Source: Yuukianura sp. NJ FZ-2021
Lineage: Eukaryota
Assembly (NCBI GenBank): GCA_046563655.1
Contig: CM102290.1
Span: 9,424,001 to 9,488,000 of the forward strand
Length of the DNA: 64,000 nt
Reading direction: 5' to 3'
The translations under genes were made by a program, and so were the position numbers. The notes beneath the pieces are model-generated. The model was not told the DNA's origin and did no database searches. It saw only the letters and a list, made by a program, of their open reading frames with translations. Within the stretch, counting starts at the first letter, position 1, and each line of letters starts with the position of its first letter. Shown in pieces: positions 13,798-27,456 of this stretch.

Positions 13798-15663
13798 ATG
13801 AATGTGTCACTCGGTGTGTTGGGTCACGTCGATTCTGGAAAAACCAGCCTTTGTAAATCGTTGAGTACTACTGGGTCAACTGCTGCTTTCGATTCAAATC
13901 CGCAATCGATTGAAAGAGGAATTACACTAGATTTGGGGTTTTCAAGCTTCAAGATTGGTAATTTCACGAATATTTGAATTACACTTCGTTTTTAATGAAA
14001 AAATATAACTAAGAATTATTGCAATTTGAATTACTAGGAGACAAATGGAATTTTACGTTGGTGGACTGCCCTGGACATGCATCTCTGATTCGAACGGTCA
14101 TTGGTGGCTCGCAAATAATGGATATCATGCTGCTGGTTGTTGATATCAATAAAGGAATGGAGGTGCAAACAGCGGAATGTCTTATTTTGGCTAACCTAAC
14201 CTCAGAACACTTAATCGTTCTTCTCAATAAAACAGACCTTGTGATGGAAGAAAAAAGGCCACAACAGGTATGTTAATGGGGAATATACTTTATAAACAAT
14301 TTTAAAACTGCCGCAGTCATAAAACACTGCAATTCTTTATATTCATTGTGTTTTCCATTCCAGATTGCGAAGCTTACGAAATTGATGAAAGGTGCTTTGG
14401 CGAAAACGAAGTTTACGGATGCTCCAATTATTCCTATCTCTGCCGTCGATGGCTCTATTGGGACGGAAACCCTCAAAGACATTCTCCTCCAGAAAGTTGA
14501 AACGACTAAATTTTGTAGAGACACTTCGAGCCCCTTCCTTATGGCAGTCGACCACTGTTTTTCTAAGAAAGGTCATGGAGCAGTACTAACTGGAACTATA
14601 CTACAAGGATGTCTCAAAATCAACGACGTAAGATCAAGCTAGTACTTAAATGAAACTAATCCGCGAGTTTTATAAGTCCTGGAAAAATTTATTAGGCAAT
14701 TGAAATACCGAAGCTTAAAGAAGTCCGGAAAGTGAAGTCAATGCAATCCTTTCGTGTTCCAATTCAAGAAGCATCAGCGGGAGATCGAGTTGGGATTTGT
14801 ATTTCAGGTCTTGATGCATCACTTATCGAGCGGACAATCATTTCGGCTCCGAAGCTGGTACATTGCTCAATTCGGGTGGCAATCATATCTTTAGAAAAGT
14901 TGCCTTTCTTCAAATATCCCATTCTATCCAAACTGCGACGGTAAAACAAATTAAATATAGTCCATAACCAGTATCTTCCTCTTAAACCAAAATCATTTAA
15001 TATATTTTCATTTTTAGATATCATATTTCAATTGGGTATGACACTATCACTGCCAAATTGACTCTCTTCAAGCCGCTGTTACCTTCTGAAAATTTCAATC
15101 CCTCCGACGAACATGTTTATGTAGAACGAATCGACGAATCCCACGAAGATTCGACTCAACATAGAGTATTATATGCTGTATTAGAATTTGACTCACCAGC
15201 CATGGCTCTTCCGAACAACCTCGTTATTGGTTCGGACTTGCAAGCGGATCTCAACTGTCGCCTTGCATTTAGTGGACACATGATAAATTACTCCGAAGAT
15301 AAAGCGTATTTAACGACGTTCCTTCCATCTATACGAATTCTACGCTGGAAAGAAAAGCTAGGAAGAGTGGACAGAGTCCACAGTAACACGTCACTTATAG
15401 TACGAGGATTCTGCAAGAAGGAAACTAGTGTGGAGCATTTGCTGAATTTGAAAGTGAGGATTGACCTTGGTGACAAGGGGTCACTCCGGGGAAGAATTGA
15501 ATCCCGCTTCGGACAAACGGATAAACTGCGTGTGCAACTTCACGACGAAGTTACTCCTGTCCAGCATAGTGTCCTTACAGCAGGCGGCGTTCCGGTCATT
15601 CTTCGATATGCCACTACTTACTACCGAGGTGCTAACCAGAAGAAATTCTACCAAAGTGATTAG
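13798..15663 (+). CDS. EEFSEC: Selenocysteine-specific translation elongation factor eEFSec (SelB)
   Basis: MNVSLGVLGHVDSGKTSLCKSLSTTGSTAAFDSNPQSIERGITLDLGFSSF, TLVDCPGHASLIRTVIGGSQIMD, EVQTAECL, FLMAVDHCF, KSMQSFR..GDRVGIC, CRLAFSG and GRIESRFGQ. Five exons, with the frame continuous across the GT-AG junctions. Confidence 0.96.
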
Positions 15664-15789
15664 TAAGACAACAGTATACGCAGAACTATTTAATTGGAAT
15701 TTATTTTTGGAATGATCAGTATTGTGTCACAATAAAATTACATTCATTTCTCAATCTCTGACACTCTCTCTCTGGGATGACGAGGATGT

Positions 15790-17171
15790 CTACTTTCGAT
15801 AGCCAAACACAAGGACAAGACTTGTTAGAGAGCAGATGAACGCGATTAGCAATGCTAAAATAATTATCCAAACTCTTTTACCTACAAATTGAAAACATTA
15901 ATTATGTTAAAATGTTCAATTTGTACTATTATTAATTTCATTCAGAAGTTACAAATTACCCAGCGGAACATAGCGTAACTTTGTCCAAAAATAGGAACTC
16001 TTCCCATCTTCTCCGAGTAACTCTACTTCCTGTCCGAAGTCTTCTAGCATTCTGAAATAAAACAACGATGAGTAAGTTATATTTAATATTTTATGTTTTA
16101 ATTAACACTAAATTATAATTTATAATTTATTGAATTAACTTACAAAGCATTTTCGTCACATTCAACAAAGAGACTGTTTGGAGAGGAGACGACCACCACT
16201 TTCTCTGGACTTTCACTTTCCAACTTCCTATATTTAGTCTTATTGGTACCATTTACAACCACTTTAGGCGTTTCCGGCTGTGCAAGAGGTAAACAATGTT
16301 AATTAACTAAAAAGATTTGAATACATTAATGGCAATTAGAATTGTAGTGACAATTTGCACAAGAAAACCTACCTGCCTTGCGCTACGGTCCCAGTCCTCT
16401 CGCTTTAAATTCAGCTCATCCTTGATATTCTACAAAAAAAAAAGTTTAATCATTCCCCAATATTTTTGTGTAAGGCTTTAAAATTTCAGTTCCATCAAAT
16501 AGCAGTGCTTTCCATTAAGAAGTTTCCTAAAGTTTACCATAAAGTTTCCTATATTTAAAAGGAATCAATTAAAAAGTCTTTGTTTCAAACCAAGAATCGT
16601 AAAAACAGAAAACTTTCCACGCGATCCACACATTAAAGATACGTGATGCACTATCCATTTCGAGAAATATTTTTTAGAAACTGTATTTTCACAAAATTGT
16701 CTAACCTGAATCTCCTGTCTTGTTTTAATGATGAAGTTGAGTCTTGATGAGATTTCTTTGTTATCACGGAGTCCTTGTCGCTTGGCAATGGCCAATGTCG
16801 CTTCCAGGTCATCCAAGTCCCACTCCAGACTCCGGAGACCATTTCTTAACTGAGAGGCAACCCATTCAGACACTTCGTTGGACCCTTGGCAATTGTCTGT
16901 CCAGTGCTGAAACAGCTCACGCGTACGACACAGCGCCTTGCAAACCTCCCTGACCACAAAATCAGTGATTAAAACAGGTCATAGGATTTGTAGAAGGAGG
17001 TCAAGTCAAGGTACGAACTTAAACTTACTTTATTGCAATACAGTTTGTAACCTAATCTAATTCTGCTAGTCCTATGCTATGTGTATAATTTTGCTAGACT
17101 TAACCCTTGACCTCTGACCTCAGTTGATGAACTTACTCTTTGACGACGATGAAGGGGTCGTCCAGGGTCAT
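15790..17171 (-). CDS. STX6: Syntaxin-6-like protein (N-terminal helical domain plus C-terminal TM; SNARE motif truncated and diverged)
   Basis: Six exons splice in frame: MTLDDPFIVVKEEVCKAL..LRNGLRSLEWDLDDLEATL..FIIKTRQEIQNIKDEL..TKYRKLESE..VECDENALMLEDFGQEV..KRVWIIILALLIAFICSLTSLVLVFGYRK*. Confidence 0.85.
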
Positions 17172-19363
17172 CCTGCTGTCTTGCCTAATCTCAGCAGCAG
17201 ATGATTGCCATATCCGTCTCTCTTATTTTATTAGAATCCGACTTCTCAAGAAGTTTAGGTAAGGTGGATTCCAGGAGAAAGTGGCTGCGCAAACCACCAC
17301 TTTCTCCTTTCCCCACCCTCTAATTCCCGTTCCCCAGGGTGGGAACCCATGAAAGTCTGTTGGCTACCACCGATTTCACGGCGTCAGTAGAGCTTCTGCT
17401 TTCCTTTTTTCTTGGATTCCACTTGCTTTTTATGACTTCAAGAGAGGGGAGGAGAGGACAGCATGTTCACCACGCAGTTTGTTTTCTTCGAAGAAAGCTT
17501 TATTTCCTCGGATGTTAAGAACAATATAGGAACTGCTAGATTTGCGGGAGAAAGTGAGAAAGCAAGGAATGTGGATCATCTTGTACAAAAACTATTATTT
17601 TCCCTCTATTTTTAGATACTAATTTTTCACTGGACCTCAAGACTTTCTCCATGAAGGAAAAATCAGGACCAGGTTGAGTACGTGTAACTTTCACGTATAT
17701 GCTTGTTGTTGATTCTTAGAAACTGCAATTCTAACATTCTGCGTGTAATGTAATTCATTCTGAGACTTAATCAAGCTCATCATTGTGTTTGTACTATTTG
17801 GAAATGAAGCTGAATTGTGTTAGAACCTGCCGATGTTAAAAACAATTGAGACGCTCATTACTGACAGGGTTAAAACATACCGTGATGAAACCAGTCTTTG
17901 CTGTCAGCCATCACAGTTTCACATGCAGAGTGCCGTAGGGGGTCAATTTTCATTTGGCACTTGGAAACAACCAATTACTGCTCAATTTAGTCCATGGCTT
18001 AATCATGTCCCCCACATTTTCAGCAACTTTCTCCATACCATTAGCATAACTTTCCCGACTAAATATTTTTCCTATAAGATTTGCTTACTTTGCCATTCGG
18101 CTACTTTTTGTTAACTACTTGATTCGCGACGTTGACTGACTAAAAAGTTCAACTTAAGCTATTTTCAAGGTAGTACAACGTCAATATGCCTTCCAGAATT
18201 CGCATCTCTCATTTCCATCTGATTCTGGTGCCAATTTTTTGCATTTTCTCAATTCCCTGAGAGTCTAAAATGCCTTTAGCCTTCTTGGCATGGGAAAAAG
18301 CTTCTTTTTTCCCTAAGCCTATTGTGTTAGTTTGCGTCTGTGTGTTTCATCCGTGATTTTTCTGTTCCCGTTTATTGACTGTGATGCTGCAACGCAGTTT
18401 CTCGTTCGTCTTCATCATCATCCAATTTCCTGATCCTAACACTCTAATAGGGATTCGCTCGAGATCACGTAACAAAGGAACCTGTTAGAGTTAGAGGTCA
18501 AAGGCCTCAATGTTACAACCAATTCTTTTGTTAAGTTAAAGGTTGACCCTGAGTGTAATCGAGGTCAAACAAGTCAGTTTGAATGTGTCGATGCTTCTGT
18601 TACTAACATGAAAAAGTTGGAACAATAGTGAAGCTTTTCTGTGATTCTGTGTAAAAGTGGGGGACCCAATCAGCTGATTTGTGTTGACAAACAAACTCTC
18701 ATGTCAAAGGGAATGTTTATATGTGGATGAGCACTTGGATAAGTAATTAAACGTAAGTTAATTGCTGAATAATACTTTTAGGACGAAACTGATGTCTGGA
18801 AGTAGCGTCGAAAGCTCGTTATGAACCCTCTTAGGGTTCAATTTTGACTTGGTTGTTACTTATATTTGTATAATTTATTATTGATTTTTTAACGCTTTTG
18901 TTTACTTTGACGCAATACTTTGGGCAGTTTACTTACAATTAGTTTTGCTACGTTTTGGCTAATTTTAGTGATTAATTGATTGGACTGGCGCAGAAAAGGT
19001 CCAATTTACAGTGAAGCAAAGTTGATGGAAAATGCTCATGTTGTTTTCACGGAACTTTGAATAAGAAGGTAGTGGCCGTTTGCTTCCTCTCGGAGTCAGG
19101 TCAAGGTCAAACGAAAATTTCAATTATTTTCTGAGGTCAGAAGCGCGGGAACCATCATCGACCAAAGTTCGTTTTTGGTGCGTAATTTTTTTTTTTGCAG
19201 GCATCGCTGATGGCTTTTCGCAGTCGTCATTGATTTGCTACTGATTTTTTTTGCAAGCCTTAATTTTGGTTTGGAATATTTTGTATTTAATCGATCTCAA
19301 AGAAAGGATTGATTTTGGTTTGTGTTTGGGTATATTTTCAGGTTTTGTTCTAAAAAGTAAGCC

Positions 19364-21429
19364 ATGGACTCCTTAAAGACAACAGCTTTGCCTCTTCTCT
19401 GGGAGTCTCCCCTTGGAGTCGTAAGTCTAACTTCTGGAAAACTATTACATTTTTTGAATAATAGAAAGCATGGAAATGGAGGAGGTGGAACTTGGAAGTG
19501 GAAGTCAACGTGTCCAGAACCGAGTTCATGAATATGTCCGACTCCCCTAAAACGTCCACTAAGCCAAACCCATCTTTTAGGCTTCAACGGCGTCTTTTTC
19601 TATACGGTCTGTCTTTCCGAATAATTTAAAAGTGCCGCAGAATGTCCAGCCTCTTTCATGTTTTCCCAAAAATTGATTTATGAATTATAAAGCCAGATCC
19701 ATAGTTTGAGCCAAGTATCCCCTGCCCGGGGTTTCCGATTGACATTCCGTTCAGTCTCCAGTAGTCAGTGACTTGGGCCAGGATGGACTTTGATAGCCTA
19801 AGACCCCGATACCCTCCGGTACGACCTCCGACTGAACGGGATCGAACTAATCCCTACGAGTACTTTGATGGAGACCGGGAATGTCTCCCGGATTATCTCC
19901 AGGAGGACAGGGACGGAGATGACCTTGAACCTCGGTTTCTGGACAAGGAGGACCGTGAAGGGACGGAGAGCCCTGAAGAGGACCCTGATCCTACTTCGTC
20001 TTTTATGTTTCAGCTCAAGAGCGTGGGACCGAAGCTGGTTCCATTTTTGAAGACACTGGGAATGTACTTTGTCATCTTCGTACCCGCGGATCGCCCATCT
20101 TGGTTCGCCGTTCTCATCAAATGTCTTCCCGTAGCATCGCTGGCTCTCTTTGTCGTCTTGCATGGAGTCAGTCTGGGACAACAGTAAGCATATCACTCAC
20201 ACACAAAATTTAAACCAAAATATGAAAGTTAATTAACTTTTTGATTAATGTAGGCATGCCTTTGCTCGGAAGATCCTCATTGGTCTCATCTTGTCCTGCA
20301 TTGGAGATGCTTTCCTGGTGTGGCCATCCTGTTTCGTCCAGGGAATGTTCATGTTCTCCCTGGCTCAGGTAATTGAAGTAGCTGGAATTAATTCATCGCT
20401 ACCAATTAATCAACTTTTACTCGATTTTACTCGATTCGCTTCTAGGTGTCTTACATTTGGGCCTTTGGCTTGGAACCACTGAGCGCAACTCTTGGCGTTG
20501 TCATTTACGCCATCACTAGCATTGGTAGGTGACGAAAATGAGGTGTGGGCACTGACTGCTTTGTAATCTTTGACCTGTTGCAGGACTTGGCCTTGTAATG
20601 CCTGGCGTCATGGTGACTGAAGACAAAGGCCTGCTCATTGGTGTCCCAATCTACTTTGTCCTACTCACCACCATGCTATGGCGAGCATGTAAGCAAATCT
20701 AGTAACCTAGGTTACAGATTTTCCTAAAACTTAAGAATTATGTTCATGTCATTTCAAATTTCCAGGCGCACGACTACAATTTTTTGAGGTGAGGGTAGCA
20801 AAACTACTAAATTTTGTAACTTCATCTTCCCCCATGAGAAATGAGGGTTATGAAATTATGACTCATAAAATATAATTATAAATTATAAAATAAAATTATA
20901 AATTATAAAATAAAATTATAAATTATAAAATAAAATTAATAAAATTATCAATTTTAGGATATCCTGACGTGGTCTAAATTGTGCTCATGTCTTGGCTCAA
21001 TTCTATTCGTCGTCTCAGATTCTGCGCTCGGTCTCAACAAATTCTTCGTCGAAGTTCCTAACTCACAGGTAACATGAAAAAACAAAGCCATAAAATTGAT
21101 CTTGATTTATGATAATTTTCCCCAATTGTTTTTGTTTACTCTAGGCCATTGTCATGGGCAGCTACTACATGGCTCAACTCGGAATGGCCCTCAGTGTCGT
21201 AAATTCCCACAAGGCTACGATCCGACTCGAGGTGGAGTCGGAAGTGATCGACATCGATGGCTACCGAAGTCCAGAACCACCGTCGTTCTTCGACTCAGCT
21301 CCGGCAGCCGGAAGTAGCCGCAGCAGCGGCCGAAATGTACGCTGGAGAAATACGACCTCCTTGGACTCCGATGACGACGACGAGCTTACGCTCCCAAAAA
21401 CGACACGCTGCGTATCCAAATCAAAGTAG
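19364..21429 (+). CDS. TMEM86A: TMEM86/YhhN-family lysoplasmalogenase-like membrane protein
   Basis: Exon 19364-19420 (MDSLKTTALPLLWESPLGV) splices in phase 0 to 20014 (LKSVGPKLVPFLK..LIKCLP). Downstream: LIGLILSCIGDAFLVWP, FVVSDS and IVMGSYYMAQLGMALS. Includes a 23-nt microexon at 20766-20788. Confidence 0.92.
20872..20940. repeat. AT-only 20-bp tandem repeat, about 3 copies, intronic
   Basis: TATAAATTATAAAATAAAAT repeated directly. Confidence 0.8.
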
Positions 21430-22703
21430 AATCCATTTGTACACACAAAAGTAGTTCTTATGTTAGATTTGACCCATGAAGTCCGCTTTAGTTTAGATTT
21501 AGAACGCACTTAGATTTTAGAATTTTAAGGGCTGCGCGTAGCCCCTTACATAGGATCTTAGGCGCATAACGTTATGCGGTTAGGACAAGTGACGCCTAAG
21601 CAATAAGAATAGTTAAGGAAATGTGTGTCCTGTATCTAAACCATACAGACAGCCTAACCTGGATACTCAAAATTATTCAAAGAACGTGTAACTATACTTT
21701 GTCCTGTCTAGAAAAAAGAGGCACAAGATCATGTCACATCTCCCGTTTGTCACTGCAACTTTTGTCGTGCCAATGACCTCTCCTGGTGTCAATAGACTCT
21801 GTACATATGACCTATTCATTCGCAAACTCTTTGTCTGTGATCCACTTTACCTTGAACCTTAACTATACAACTTAATTCCTTAATGTAATACACTCCCATT
21901 CCATCGTTACTTAATAAACGTCATTCAAAATACTTGAATTCTGCAAGCAGTAAAGGGCTGCTTCGCGATTTAATTCAAATCATTATTTCTTTGTTTCACT
22001 CTTTGTTTTAAAAGGAAGTCCGAAGTGAATCTCTTCCATGAAGATTTGAACTCTGACCTCACGCTCTAGTAACACAGACAAGAAGAATGGGGTTTCTACA
22101 TCAAATATACAAGCCCCACAAAGCTACAATCATAGTAATGGTGACATTAACAATAATACTCGTACATAATAATAATAATAATTCTGGTAATAATCAAATA
22201 TCACATTGACACATCATCGGAGGATAATCATAAATGAAGCCAATTTCTCAAAAAATGCAGTCTGGCCTGGGGAAAATTCGCTTTGTCGTGGTCTTCTCCA
22301 AATCATTGGACCGAGACGAATAACTTCAATTAGAAATCCTTCCGCGGCGTTTACCTTACATCTATTCGACGACGTTAAGTAGTTAGTTATCTTTTAGGTT
22401 CGAGACAATCTCGTGATTAGAATCGTTTTTGCTCAGCGTTTTCTTACTTGGTCAATTAAAGACCAAGTAAGAATGATTGGAGCATATTGTAAATTATAGA
22501 GGTATTTTCCCTTGTTAGTTGTGTACTGTTGGTGATATTGGCGTTGCGCATGGTGTGAAATGGAGTGATGATTTCCAGCTTGATTTTGTGTAATTACTTG
22601 CGATGTCTCTTGGAATAGAATTTGTGATACGGACGAGGAACTTGCATTTGGCCGGTTATTGCGGAGGTGATTATCGCTGTGTTATTGACGTTCAGGGGAA
22701 TCC

Positions 22704-24487
<1,784 letters not shown>

Positions 24488-24601
24488 TCAGTCAGTGTCA
24501 ATGTCAATCCGTCAGTTAGTTAATCTGTAAATTAAATGTAATTTATTTACAAATTAAACTAACTTTCACTTCCACTTCCACTTGTTTTCATTGACTGAGA
24601 C

Positions 24602-25429
24602 CATAGCTCGGCACTTTTGCTCCGCTCCCGATCCTGCAATCCCCGTTCTTTTAGCCTACCCCTCCGCTCCCGCTCCTCCGATCCTCGTTCTGGCTTATCT
24701 TCGGCAAACTCGCTTCGCGAGTTTGGCGTAGGTAAGCATCTCAATTAACTCAGTTTTTTTACGCTGATTCCGAATAATGCAATCGGTTTTGACCGCTCTC
24801 GTCGTGTTCTAACTTTTTTGATTTCTGAAAGACATGTACAAAATGATAGGAGCAACACAGGTTTCTTTTGCTGTTGCACTGTAGGTTTCTATGGGACACG
24901 TGGAATTGAACGGTCGCCCACGACAACAGCTCTGGGCATCGAGTTATCTGCATCTCATTCTACATAGGGGCATATTTCAGTTAATGTTAGGTTAGGTTAG
25001 GTTAGTGAGCGGTGAAAACTAATTACAGATTCGGAATCAGCGTAAAAACTGAGTTAATTGAGATTTTTATCTCGGTTATACTAGCCTAGCTTCTTACTTA
25101 CCCATCGCTCCCGCCCCCGTTCGTGCGAGCGGAGATCGGGGATTGCAAAGAGCAAGGTTTGTAAACAAGAAAATAGTTTTTTCTTCAACAGGTTAGGCAA
25201 TAACTCAAGTGTTTTAAATTTTGTTTAAAAATTAGCAAAACCTGGTTCACCGTGCCTTCCTATGGTTATGCTTTATATGCAATCAAATGGGATTGGGCGA
25301 AAAAATTGTTTGGAGCGAATTTTTTCGTAAACTGGACTTATTGCCAAACCTCTTAAAGCAAAACGATTTCGTTGCTATAGCAACCTTGGCAAAGAGCGGG
25401 AAGCGGGGATTGCAAAGTGCCGAGCTTTG
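24602..25429. promoter_or_regulatory. Inverted-repeat-bounded, CGCTCC-rich element filling the EEIG1/HIGD2 head-to-head interval
   Basis: CATAGCTCGGCACTTT (24602-24617) versus AAAGTGCCGAGCTTTG (25414-25429), 15/16 inverted match. TGCAATCCCCG and CGGGGATTGCA arms, with an extra degenerate right end near 25135-25160. Confidence 0.7.
24738..25064. mobile_element. MITE-like element with ~37-bp terminal inverted repeats nested in the promoter element
   Basis: ATCTCAATTAACTCAG(T)nACGCTGATTCCGAAT (24738-24775) versus ATTCGGAATCAGCGT(A)nCTGAGTTAATTGAGAT (25029-25064). Internal (GTTAG)4 tract at ~24986-25005. Confidence 0.8.
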
Positions 25430-25481
25430 GTTTGCAGAAGCAGCTGAAGCTGAACCCTTCCTCCATCTTTCCGGTCAAATC

Positions 25482-25884
25482 ATGTCAACTGGCAGTACTC
25501 CCATCGACCGTGATCGAATTAAGGAACAACAGCAAGCGGAATTGGAGTGGATACGATTTCGTGAAGACACATTAGGTGATAGTGCTGGTGCTGGAGTTGA
25601 CACTGGAAGTAAACTTCTCGCCAAGATTAAACAGAATCCCGTAGTCCCGCTAGGTACATTTCTAACACCATAAACCATAGTACTACATTGACCGTTTTAA
25701 TGATTACGTTTTTTGATTGACAGGAGCACTAATTACCACTGGTGCGTTGGGATATGGTCTTTGGAGTTTTCGTTTAGGAAAGGCTAGGCAGTCTCAGGCA
25801 ATGATGCGTCTTCGAGTCGGTGCTCAAGGCTTTACGATAGTCGCTCTACTGGCAGGGGTCCTGGCGAGTGGAACCGCAAGATAA
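25482..25884 (+). CDS. HIGD2A: HIG1 domain protein (HIGD2A/Rcf1 type), two exons
   Basis: KIKQNPVVPLG|ALITTGALGYGLWSFRLGKARQSQAMMRLRVGAQGFTIVALLAG, which contains the QxxMRxRVxAQ motif. TAA at 25882-25884 overlaps an AATAAA. Confidence 0.93.
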
Positions 25885-25981
25885 TAAAAATGTACTAGAA
25901 TTAGGGGTTCTAGTAAAGCGATCTAGTCTGTTTTACTTTTTACGTTTACCTACGTTTACTTTTTACGTTTATTTTTTTCGA

Positions 25982-26152
25982 GTGACATGACATGACCTAT
26001 GACAACCCAAAAAATGACCTCCACAAAAGTTGTCGGGCTTGATGAGAGGATCATTTTTTGTCCTGTGACATATGACCCTGTGACCTTCCGTTGAGGTCAT
26101 AGGTCAATTCGAAAGTTAGTTAGGTTAGGTTAAGTTCCACTTATGTTAGGTT
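25982..26152. mobile_element. Transposon-like fragment with TGACC/GGTCA motifs and TTAGG repeats abutting the kismet fragment
   Basis: TGACCCTGTGACCTT..GAGGTCATAGGTCA motifs resemble those in 28930-29210. GTTAGTTAGGTTAGGTTAAG..GTTAGGTT lies at the junction. Confidence 0.4.
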
Positions 26153-27417
26153 ACGCTGTAATTATTTATGACTCCGACTGGAATCCACAAAATGATCTTC
26201 AGGTAATTTATTACTAAATTGTCTTTTTGTTTTCACGTTCCTTACTTTAAACCGAGACTAATTAAACGTTGATTTGAAAATCTGTTTAGGCTCAAGCTAG
26301 ATTTCACCGAATTGGGCAAGCGAAGATGGTGAAAGTTTATCGACTAAGTAGAAGTACCTACGAAAGAGAAGTGTTCGACAGAGCTTCACTAAAACTTGGG
26401 TTAGACAAGGCCGTTCTGCAAAGCATGAATACTTCTCAAGGAAGTTCCGGAGAAGGATTTGACACGAGTGCCAATAAGCAACTGTCCAAGAAGGAAGTTG
26501 AAGATTTACTCAAGAGAGGAGCCTATGGAGCCCTCATGGACGAAGACAACGCTGGACATAAATTTTGTGAAGACATTGACTGTATCCTACAAAGAAGAAC
26601 ACAAGTTATTAGGGAGAGAAGGGTTCTACTTTCTCCAAAGCAAGTTTCGCTTCTACTGGAATTCATGAGGATATAAACTTGGACGACCCAGATTTCTGGA
26701 CGAAATGGGCTAAAAAAGCAGAAATTGAAATGGATGAGATGGGTCAGAAGGTAAGTATCCTTTGAGATTGATTTAGCATGAAATTGCGTTTTGTAATAGC
26801 TTTTGTTTCCTGATTTTTTAAAAACTTAGAATGAGCTTGTAATTCATGAGCCGAGGAGAAGGACGCAAATCAAGCGATATGGACATGACGAGGCTATGAT
26901 GGAAATCTCAGAACTTTCTTCTACCTCGGATTCCGATGAAGACGGAAACATCGGTGAAAGGACTCGAGGACGCGGTGGTAAACGAGGTAGAGGGAAGCGA
27001 CAACGTTCACGGCGTGGACTAGATGATGACTTCCATGTTGACGACGGAGTAGTGGAGTACGGACGATGGTCGCGCAGCGAGTGCTACAAAATTGAGAAAG
27101 GGCTGCTTACTTTTGGGTAAGTTTTCATCAATTGATATCTTGTACTGGTTAGAATGTTTTGATGATGACATGCCATGCTAATACCGAATGAATTTTCAGT
27201 TAAGAACTAATTTTCATTATGAGTTAAACATGTTCTCAATTCCTGAAACCACTTTTATTGCAACAAAGCGGTGCGTTTGAAGGTGAAAAGAGGTGAATTT
27301 AGTTCTGATGATATGAATTTTTCTTTCAGTTGGGCAAGATGGAAAGACATATTGAACTTTGGCCAATTCCGAATTGGTTGGGGTGAACGGGACATTGAAG
27401 ACTGCGCCCGTGTTACA
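26153..27417 (+). pseudogene. kis: Intron-containing fragment of the kismet/CHD6-9 chromatin remodeller, frameshifted
   Basis: [63 protein letters not shown]..[frameshift ~26612][25 protein letters not shown]|..WSRSECYKIEKGLLTFG|WARW. It starts mid-exon, has no start codon, and I see no further kismet exons on either side. Confidence 0.9.
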
Positions 27418-27456
27418 GTAAGTCAAAGTTTTTCTAAACTCAACACTACGTCTACG

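Noticed and set aside
16145..16277. In-frame TGA (selenocysteine) in the STX6-like exon next to eEFSec
   Set aside because: Careful re-reading shows the TGAs are out of frame and the exon is open.
24986..25005. TTAGG tracts as a true telomere (also ~26115-26152 and ~7440)
   Set aside because: Only 2-4 units, internal to repeat elements.
25287..25481. N-terminal extension of the HIGD2 ORF in the track
   Set aside because: It runs through the promoter cassette end; ATG 25482 gives a normal-sized HIG1 protein.
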